A stretch of 64,000 bases of DNA from Bacteroidaceae bacterium (GTDB taxonomy: Bacteria > Bacteroidota > Bacteroidia > Bacteroidales > Bacteroidaceae): positions 3,692,997-3,756,996 of the forward strand of contig OY762866.2 in the NCBI GenBank assembly GCA_963666495.2, written 5' to 3'. Numbering within the stretch: the stretch's first letter is position 1; every line of letters begins with the position of its first letter. Both the position numbers and the translations under genes were made by a program. Positions 56,841 to 64,000 of this stretch are shown here, piece after piece. A model generated the notes under the pieces. It saw only the letters and a list, made by a program, of their open reading frames with translations. It was not told the origin of the DNA and made no database searches.

Positions 56841-58160
56841 TTAATTCGTTTTATAAACCTTATAAAGAACAGACAACTTCACATTACTTTGAGGATGCTT
56901 CATATCACCAAAAATAACACTTTGGTAAGATGTATTTATCTTACTTTCAGGTAAAACAAGTTGCAGATTCTTTATATTATAACCAACCTTTCCTAAATTA
57001 CTCTGCAAAAAGCTTGTAACATCAAAAGAATAATATGTATTTTCATGAAGCGACTCGTCAGTAACAAGACTACCTGTTTGAACTGAAGATCCCAATAAAT
57101 CTGTTATCTGATCTTCTGTTACATTGTTTTCATTAGATTGATAAAGAGCTAAAGAAGACGGCAAAGGATTATTAAGCCCATAAGACCCTTTTACAGGGTA
57201 TAAATAAAGCTTAGCTGATTCAATACTAACCATTTTTCCAGCCTCTAATAAATTATTTAAATAAGGAAACTCAATTTTTGTATATAAGCCTGTTAAACCC
57301 TGAACATAAGATATATTAGACATCTTATCAGAAACTATTTCGGTCAGTTTATGACTAAAATTCTGCAATGGAGTATCTGTACGATCATGTTTTACTTTAT
57401 TAAAATTAGGAGTAGTTGGAACAAATTTCACAGTTCCCTCAACTGATTCTTGACCAATTTCATGGTAATATAAAGTAATATACATACTGGAATCACTTAT
57501 TCCAAATCCCATGATAGACTTATTACTTGCCTCGTCTGGAACAAAAGCAATACCTTTAAAATAATGTCTAAAATCATCTGAATTTTTAAAGTCATCAGAT
57601 TTTGATAGTATTTTATTAAACCACGTTTTTCCTAAATCATCAGAAAGTCTATATTCTAAAGTTTTTTTCCCTTTAGGAGTTGGTTGTATTTTTATAGTAG
57701 AGAATGGTTCCGAATTATAAGAAAAAGAAGAATTACTATATAGATACTTTGTATATGTATCTAAGACCAGGTTCTCTGTTAACTCATGCAAATGAACTTT
57801 TACTGGTGAAAGTGTATCACCTAAATAGTCTCCATTACATTTCATAGAAATAGTAAGAGAATCAAATCTATACGTATATTTTTCATTTGGAGTAAAAGTC
57901 GCCGGAGAATATTCAACATAAGTAGAAGCTGATATCTTCCCCCAAGTGTTATCACTGTAATAGCCTAGTTGGGCTACACTTTTGTTTGATGTATAAATCG
58001 AATCCAAGAAAACAGTGCTTAATCTTACTGTACAAGTATCAGACATAACATTTTTCAAATCACTCTCAACCCATTCTTCCCCTAAAGTTGAAGTCTCATT
58101 TCGACAAGATATACAAAACAGTAATGAAACAAACGAAATCAAAAAAAGTATCTTTTTCAT
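56841..58160 (-). CDS. DUF4270-family lipoprotein
   Basis: Start reassigned to MKKILFLISF..CISC (58160); DTCTVRLSTV..DSIYTS, SYVQGLTGLYTKIEFP, IESAKLYLYP. Confidence 0.75.
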   Translation of the reverse strand: MKKILFLISFVSLLFCISCRNETSTLGEEWVESDLKNVMSDTCTVRLSTVFLDSIYTSNKSVAQLGYYSDNTWGKISASTYVEYSPATFTPNEKYTYRFDSLTISMKCNGDYLGDTLSPVKVHLHELTENLVLDTYTKYLYSNSSFSYNSEPFSTIKIQPTPKGKKTLEYRLSDDLGKTWFNKILSKSDDFKNSDDFRHYFKGIAFVPDEASNKSIMGFGISDSSMYITLYYHEIGQESVEGTVKFVPTTPNFNKVKHDRTDTPLQNFSHKLTEIVSDKMSNISYVQGLTGLYTKIEFPYLNNLLEAGKMVSIESAKLYLYPVKGSYGLNNPLPSSLALYQSNENNVTEDQITDLLGSSVQTGSLVTDESLHENTYYSFDVTSFLQSNLGKVGYNIKNLQLVLPESKINTSYQSVIFGDMKHPQSNVKLSVLYKVYKTN

Positions 58161-58375
58161 ATTCACTTCTAAAAGTATTTTAGTGCAAAAAAAATAGCAA
58201 AACCTATATAAATAAAATACAATCGACAAAACAGGTAATTCCACCCATAAAAGTATAAATTTCACCCATTTATAAAAACGGTCGCAATTTACGTCTTTTA
58301 TCGATAATATTATTCGATTTGACGATAAAATTTCCCATTTCGTCGATTAATTTTGTTTAAAAGCATCGATGAAAC

Positions 58376-58383
58376 TACTTTTG
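58376..58383 (+). promoter_or_regulatory. -7 box (TACTTTTG) for the Kelch-DUF4907 operon
   Basis: TAnnTTTG, with -33 TTTG at 58352-58355 (20-bp spacer). Confidence 0.65.
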
Positions 58384-58442
58384 GCCGCAGAAATAAATAT
58401 AGAATTAACAACATTATGAATGTATTATTGTATTTAAAAAAG

Positions 58443-59468
58443 ATGAAAAAACTATTATTAATAGGTTGTTTCGCCACTTTGATTTTCTCTTCTTGCACTA
58501 GTGAGAGCACATATACTCAAGGTGTATGGGAACAACGTTCTGATTTTGATGGTGTGGCAAGAAATGATGCCGCTTCATTTATGATTGATGGAGACGGATA
58601 TGTTTGTTGCGGATACGATGGTGACGAACGTTTGAACGACCTTTGGAGATACAATGTATCATCAAACAGCTGGACTCAAAGAGCTAGCTTACCTGAAAGT
58701 GCTGCTAGAAACGCTGCTGTAGGTTTTTCTGTAAATGGTAAAGGTTATGTTACTACCGGATACAATGGGAATACATATCTAAAAGATACATGGGAATATG
58801 ATCCAACATCAAATAAATGGACCCAAAAAGCTGATTTCGCAGGTTCTGGAAGATATTATGCATTATCATTCTCAATTGGAAATTATGGTTATGTAGGTAC
58901 TGGATATGATAAAAACTATTTGAAAGATTTTTATCGTTACGATCCTGTAAATGACAAATGGGAAATTATGGATGGCACTAACGGAATGAATAGCTTTAGT
59001 GGACAGAAGCGCCGTGGAGGTAGTGCATTCGTAATTAACAATATTGCTTATGTTGTAGGTGGTCAATCTAACGGTTCTTATTGTGATGACTTCTGGAAAT
59101 TTGATCCATCAAAAGGAACTTGGACTGCTTTAAGAGACATTGCTGATAACAATGATAAAGAAGATTATGATGATAATTATGCAGGTATTGCTCGTGAAAG
59201 AGCTGTAACATTTGTTATCGACGGCAAAGCCTTTTTAACAACTGGTACATCTGGTACACTTAAAACAGATTATTGGATCTATGATCCTTCAACAGATCTT
59301 TGGTCTGGAGATAGCGACGATGATTACACTCCATTTGAAGGTTCTGCACGTGCAGGTGCTGTTGGCTTCTCTACTGGAACAAAAGGATTTGTTGTAACAG
59401 GAGGTAGTAGCAGTCTATATTTTGACGATATGTGGGAATTATTACCATATGAAAAAGAAGAAGACTAA
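58443..59468 (+). CDS. Kelch-repeat beta-propeller lipoprotein
   Basis: Start reassigned to 58443 (MKKLLLIG..FSSC); repeated R..A..F.I...GYV.TG.......D.W.YDP....W units. Confidence 0.9.
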   Translation: MKKLLLIGCFATLIFSSCTSESTYTQGVWEQRSDFDGVARNDAASFMIDGDGYVCCGYDGDERLNDLWRYNVSSNSWTQRASLPESAARNAAVGFSVNGKGYVTTGYNGNTYLKDTWEYDPTSNKWTQKADFAGSGRYYALSFSIGNYGYVGTGYDKNYLKDFYRYDPVNDKWEIMDGTNGMNSFSGQKRRGGSAFVINNIAYVVGGQSNGSYCDDFWKFDPSKGTWTALRDIADNNDKEDYDDNYAGIARERAVTFVIDGKAFLTTGTSGTLKTDYWIYDPSTDLWSGDSDDDYTPFEGSARAGAVGFSTGTKGFVVTGGSSSLYFDDMWELLPYEKEED

Positions 59469-59787
59469 GAGTATAATTCTTTATACAATTATAAGTATAC
59501 TCGCCATTATTACTGTTTTTTCTGTAGTTAAATCAAAAGATTCGTCTAAGAATCGAAAAGAAATATTATTAGAAGTAGTAAGCGTAAAAGGCGGATATGG
59601 TTATCAAATAAAAGAGGGAAATCGAATATTGATCGATCAACCATTTATTCCGGCAATTTCTGAAGAGAAAGCTTTTAAAAGCCGGGAAGACGCACAAAAA
59701 GTTGGAGAATTAGTTCTAAAACGCGTCAAAAATCATACGGATTTTTCCGTTTCAGTTAAGGAGTTGCGAGAACTCAATATAGAATAG
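59449..59787 (+). CDS. DUF4907-family small membrane-anchored protein
   Basis: One TM helix, then GGYGYQI..LIDQPFIPAI..KAF..EDAQKVGELV. Confidence 0.8.
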   Translation: MKKKKTKSIILYTIISILAIITVFSVVKSKDSSKNRKEILLEVVSVKGGYGYQIKEGNRILIDQPFIPAISEEKAFKSREDAQKVGELVLKRVKNHTDFSVSVKELRELNIE

Positions 59788-59820
59788 TTTAGTTTAGTTA
59801 AGTCTAGTTTAGTTTTTGTA

Positions 59821-59856
59821 TATTCCCCGTCTGACAGAGGTCAGGTACGGGGAATA
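59821..59856. terminator. Bidirectional terminator
   Basis: TATTCCCCGT...ACGGGGAATA between convergent operons. Confidence 0.75.
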
Positions 59857-59871
59857 TTCTTTTTTATACGG

Positions 59872-60567
59872 TTATAGACTATCTGTGAACAGTTCTGAAT
59901 CACTTAACCGAGATACAATATAACCTGCAGGATAGTTATCATTCCCTTTTATCACCTCTTTTAAAATATCAGTTTTATTCTTGCCTAACACATAAAAGAA
60001 TACTTTCTTTGCATGAAGAATTGGCAAACCAGTCAAAGCAATGCGTTTCAACCTTGTTTCAGGATGAACACTTACAGCATAAATATCGGGCGAATTTAAT
60101 AAGTTATTCTGGCCAGGAAATAAAGAAGAGGTATGTCCATCAGCACCTATTCCTAAGAGAATGCAATCAAAAACAGGACACAATTTCTCCTTTATTAATA
60201 AATTTTCTACTAAAAATGAATATCGCTTCACTTCTATTTCAGGAGTATCTTCTCCATGAATACGATGAACTTGCATAATAGGGATTGTTATATTATCGAG
60301 TAAAACACGTTTAGTCATTCCATAATTACTATCAGAATTCTCAGGTGGTACACATCGTTCATCTACCCAATAAAGGTGTAGTCGACTCCAAGGTATAGTG
60401 TTTTTATAATCTTCAACCCAAAGTCTAAATAATCCGACAGGAGTAGTTCCACCTGATATTGCCAAATGAAAGTTTTTTGTATCAGAAGTATTTATCTGAG
60501 ACAAAAGAGCTCTTGTTAAGGCATGAGCTGCTTCCAAAGAAGAAGGGAAACTATTTACTTTTATCAT
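59872..60567 (-). CDS. pgl: 6-phosphogluconolactonase
   Basis: AISGGTTP, WVDERCVP..SDSNY, LLGIGADGHTSSLFP, RIALT. Confidence 0.95.
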   Translation of the reverse strand: MIKVNSFPSSLEAAHALTRALLSQINTSDTKNFHLAISGGTTPVGLFRLWVEDYKNTIPWSRLHLYWVDERCVPPENSDSNYGMTKRVLLDNITIPIMQVHRIHGEDTPEIEVKRYSFLVENLLIKEKLCPVFDCILLGIGADGHTSSLFPGQNNLLNSPDIYAVSVHPETRLKRIALTGLPILHAKKVFFYVLGKNKTDILKEVIKGNDNYPAGYIVSRLSDSELFTDSL

Positions 60568-60576
60568 TTGATCTTA

Positions 60577-62103
60577 TTAAAGTTCACAATACAAATCAGT
60601 ATTTGTTAAGTTTTTACAAGGATTAATCCACTGCACTCCATGTTCCTGCATCATAGCTTCAGATTCTTTAGGTCCCCAAGTTCCAGCTGGGTAACCATAG
60701 ACTGGTATTTCCGGATGCTTTTTCCAAAAATTTAGTACTGGAGTAAAGAACTTCCAGCTAGCTTCTACAGCATCACTTCGAGTAAATAATGTTGGATCTC
60801 CTATCATACAATCTTCAATAAGACGAACATAAGCATCTTCCGAAGGAAGAGAACCTAAACTTTTATAACTAAAATCCATAGCAACTTGCTTTACTTCAAA
60901 TCCTGCTCCAGGTACTTTCATTGCAAACTTCAGTACTATCCCTTCATCTGGCAAAATACGAATAATTAACTGATTCGCTGTAGGACATTGTTTATCCGAA
61001 CAATTAAATAACAAAAAAGGAGTAGGCTTAAAGTGGACAATGATTTCACTAACCTTAGTCGGCATTTGCTTTCCTGTACGAATATAAAATGGTACACCGT
61101 TCCATCGCCAATTACTAATACCTAGTTTCATGGCTACATAAGTTTCAGTTCTGGATAATGGATCTACATCTTTTTCTTCACGATATCCTGTTTTCTTTTC
61201 TGAAGCTACGTATTGTCCACGAACAATATGTTCATGCATATCTTTATCAGTTAATGGTGTTAGAGATTGATACACTTTAGCCACCTCATCACGAAAACTA
61301 TCTGCATTAAAAGCCATTGGAGGTTCCATGGCAGCAATTGCTACTAGTTGAATAAGATGATTTTGAACCATATCCCGTAAAGTACCCGTCTCATCAAAAT
61401 ACCCCCCTCTTTGTTCAACGCCCATATTTTCTACAGCGGTAATTTCAATATGATCAATATAGTTTCTGTTCCACACCGGTTCGAAAATGCTATTGGCAAA
61501 ACGAAGAGCCATAATATTTTGTACAGTCTCTTTTCCTAAATAATGATCTATTCGAAAAATCTGATCTTCTCGAAATGCATCCTTATAATAAACGTTATTT
61601 AGTTCAAGAGCCGAATCAAGATCATACCCAAAAGGCTTTTCCACAACAATTCGCTTTTTTCCTCTTACACCTTTATCCAAATTCAATCCTACATTTTTTA
61701 AGTACTGAGGAATTACTCCATATAATGAAGGCGGAGTTGCAAGATAATACAGATATTGCTCTCCACTTTCAATCTTAGCATCAAGTTCCAAAAGCTTGGG
61801 TTGTAAATGCAAATAGTCGTTCGGATTAGCCGGATCCATTGAAAAATAATGCAACATGTTAACAAAGGAACTGATCAAAGCTTCATTGATATCATCAGTT
61901 TTTAAAAAACGATGCAATTGCAAATTAATACGTTCGCGATATTCATCATCTGTATATTGAGTACGCGCAACACCTAAAACAGCAAAATTTTCGGGTAACT
62001 TTTTGAGTTTATACAACAAATAAAGAGCAGGCATCAGTTTACGACGAGTCAAGTCGCCTGATGCTCCAAAAATAACCATTATCATGCTCTTAGGTTTATC
62101 CAT
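60577..62103 (-). CDS. zwf: Glucose-6-phosphate 1-dehydrogenase
   Basis: GASGDLTRRKL, EKPFG, RIDHYLGKETVQN, RDMVQNH, WNGVPFYIRTGK. Confidence 0.97.
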   Translation of the reverse strand: MDKPKSMIMVIFGASGDLTRRKLMPALYLLYKLKKLPENFAVLGVARTQYTDDEYRERINLQLHRFLKTDDINEALISSFVNMLHYFSMDPANPNDYLHLQPKLLELDAKIESGEQYLYYLATPPSLYGVIPQYLKNVGLNLDKGVRGKKRIVVEKPFGYDLDSALELNNVYYKDAFREDQIFRIDHYLGKETVQNIMALRFANSIFEPVWNRNYIDHIEITAVENMGVEQRGGYFDETGTLRDMVQNHLIQLVAIAAMEPPMAFNADSFRDEVAKVYQSLTPLTDKDMHEHIVRGQYVASEKKTGYREEKDVDPLSRTETYVAMKLGISNWRWNGVPFYIRTGKQMPTKVSEIIVHFKPTPFLLFNCSDKQCPTANQLIIRILPDEGIVLKFAMKVPGAGFEVKQVAMDFSYKSLGSLPSEDAYVRLIEDCMIGDPTLFTRSDAVEASWKFFTPVLNFWKKHPEIPVYGYPAGTWGPKESEAMMQEHGVQWINPCKNLTNTDLYCEL

Positions 62104-62116
62104 AGCTCAACAATTA

Positions 62117-63586
62117 TTATATAATATAATTTCCAGACTTAGTACTGTTAGCTTTTCCAATCCAATTCTCATGCATAAAAACACCTCTTGGCAAATCTAT
62201 TCTTTCAAAGGTATGTGCTCCAAAATAATCTCGTTGTGCCTGTACTAAATTTGCAGGCAAATTATCGGTTGTCAAAGAATAAAAGTAATTAAGAGCAGAT
62301 GAAAATGCAGGCACTGGCAATTCTTCTTTAGCAGCAACTGAAACTAATCGTTTCCAGAAAGGTAACGCCAATACAATTTCGTCCCTGAAATATGGAGCCA
62401 GAAGCAAATTAGACAGATGTCTATCTTCTTCAAAAGCTTTGGCTATTTCATTTAAAAATGCAGAACGAATAATACATCCTCCTCTCCAAAGCCGTGCTAT
62501 AGAGGCCAAATTCAATCTCCACCCATATTTATCAGATGCATATTTCAGCACATTAAATCCTTGAGCATAAGAGACTAATTTGGATGCATAAAGAGAACTA
62601 TATATTTCTTTAATCAGTTCCTCAGCCAAATATGTTTTTTGAGAAGCTTCCCTGTGATATATACTTGAAGCCTCCATACGAAGTTCTTTTCTGGCCGAAA
62701 GATTTCTCTCAAAAACAGCAGTCGCAATAAGGTTCAGTGGCATTTCTAATTCCATGGCATTAATAACCGACCATTTTCCTGTTCCCTTCTGTCCCGCAGT
62801 ATCCAGTATTTTATCTATCAGATAATCTCCACCAGCATCTTTATATTTTAATATTTTTGAAGTAATTTCTATTAAGAAGCTTTTGAGTTTTCCTTCATTC
62901 CAGGTTTCAAAATAAGTAGCCATTTCTTCATTTGAAGCCTCTAATAAGTGCTTCATTATAAAGTAAGCTTCAGAAATTAACTGCATATCGCCATATTCAA
63001 TACCATTATGAATCATTTTCACAAAGTGTCCAGAGCCGCCCGGCCCAATCCATTCGCAGCAAGGAGAACCATCTTCGGCTTTTGCTGCAATACTCTGAAG
63101 AATAGGTCTTACCTCAAACCAGGCACCGGCTGACCCTCCAGGCATAATTGATGCACCATGTAAAGCCCCTTCTTCACCACCAGAAACACCGGCACCTATG
63201 AAATAAATGTCTTTTGCTTCTGATTCTCTGACTCTTCTTGCAGTGTCTTCATAATTAGAATTGCCTCCATCAATCAATATATCTCCCGGAGAAAGAAACG
63301 GATAGAGCTGCTCCATTAATTCATCTACGGGATTACCGGCACGCACCATCAACATAATTTTGCGAGGCTGGGATATAGAATTCACAAAATCTTCTATATT
63401 ATTAAAGCCCATAATCTTTTTCCCACGAGCACGCCCAGATACAAAGCGATCAACAACACCTTCTTCCACACCTGCCACTGTGCGATTATATACAGAAACC
63501 CGCCATCCTTTACTTTCTATGTTCAATGCAAGATTTTCTCCCATCACTGCAAGACCAATTAACCCAATATCAGATTTACTTGTCAT
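62117..63586 (-). CDS. gnd: NADP-dependent 6-phosphogluconate dehydrogenase
   Basis: GLAVMGENL, GVSGGEEGA..G.SIMPGG, VKMIHNGIEYGDMQ, QAQRDYFGAHT; start at MTSKSDIG. Confidence 0.97.
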   Translation of the reverse strand: MTSKSDIGLIGLAVMGENLALNIESKGWRVSVYNRTVAGVEEGVVDRFVSGRARGKKIMGFNNIEDFVNSISQPRKIMLMVRAGNPVDELMEQLYPFLSPGDILIDGGNSNYEDTARRVRESEAKDIYFIGAGVSGGEEGALHGASIMPGGSAGAWFEVRPILQSIAAKAEDGSPCCEWIGPGGSGHFVKMIHNGIEYGDMQLISEAYFIMKHLLEASNEEMATYFETWNEGKLKSFLIEITSKILKYKDAGGDYLIDKILDTAGQKGTGKWSVINAMELEMPLNLIATAVFERNLSARKELRMEASSIYHREASQKTYLAEELIKEIYSSLYASKLVSYAQGFNVLKYASDKYGWRLNLASIARLWRGGCIIRSAFLNEIAKAFEEDRHLSNLLLAPYFRDEIVLALPFWKRLVSVAAKEELPVPAFSSALNYFYSLTTDNLPANLVQAQRDYFGAHTFERIDLPRGVFMHENWIGKANSTKSGNYII

Positions 63587-63712
63587 ATAGCCTTTCATTG
63601 TTAAATAACCGTTTGATAATTAACAAAAAATAAAGACGAGATGTTCAATAAAAGAAGAAATTATAAAAAACGAGAAGAATTTAAAAAACGTAAAGGAAGG
63701 TTTTATATATAT

Positions 63713-63784
63713 TGTACAAAAGAATTAATTCTTCTGTACAGAAGAAAGAAATCCCTTGTACAAAAGATTTCATTCTTTTGTACA
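63713..63784. repeat. Four TGTACA-centred palindromic units at 22-bp period (same family as 39881)
   Basis: TGTACA at 63713, 63735, 63757 and 63779. Confidence 0.85.
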
Positions 63785-63811
63785 AGGGATTTTTAATATA
63801 TTAGGTTTAAA

Positions 63812-64000
63812 TTAATATACTTCTACTCTGGAAGCAATATCTTTCGCTTTATCTCTAAGTTTATCTAAGTCAGATCCTAACGGAGCATAGCACAACACGA
63901 CTCCCATACGGCGATTAACCTTTGTAAATGGCTTACCAAATATACGAAGATAAGTATCTTCTTCTTTCACGACATCTTCCAAACCTTTATAACGAGGAGC
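63812..64000 (-). CDS. purT: Formate-dependent phosphoribosylglycinamide formyltransferase, C-terminal 62 aa (truncated by window edge; not in the ORF track)
   Basis: Reverse strand reads [62 protein letters not shown]; RIFGKP..RRMGV is typical of the PurT C-terminus. Confidence 0.85.
   Translation of the reverse strand, partial: APRYKGLEDVVKEEDTYLRIFGKPFTKVNRRMGVVLCYAPLGSDLDKLRDKAKDIASRVEVY

Noticed and set aside
58161-58442. Longer upstream starts for DUF4270 (58265) and Kelch (58353), and ORF 58310-58510
   Set aside because: These extensions run through the promoter region; lipoprotein signal peptides start at 58160 and 58443.
59872-63586. gnd-zwf-pgl operon as a novelty
   Set aside because: Ordinary oxidative pentose-phosphate operon with intact motifs.

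Overview
Bacteroidaceae chromosomal window, most likely a low-GC Bacteroides (inferred from the compact RpoD, TAnnTTTG promoters, fkp and gmd-fcl). It mixes core genes (acyl-CoA ligase, addAB, tRNA-Arg, PBP1A, gmd-fcl, fkp, rpoD, htrA, rnpB, gnd-zwf-pgl, purT end) with AT-rich accessory genes (PL26/PL11 rhamnogalacturonan lyases, tandem GH43, GH27, many uncharacterised exported proteins). No integrase, transposase, cas gene or true CRISPR array was found. The most interesting candidates are: (1) a coupled lipoprotein + radical SAM/SPASM pair (31224-32739) whose lipoprotein carries a C-M-Y-G motif just after the lipobox, matching the XYG motif used by tyramine-excising splicease enzymes; (2) non-coding elements with a fixed architecture but different core words (9005-9105, 30569-30901, 53451-53801); (3) five intergenic arrays of four palindromic units at 22-23 bp period; (4) two promoters with 21-bp-period LytTR-type repeats in front of uncharacterised outer-membrane modules. 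All family assignments come from motif recognition by eye; no database search was run.
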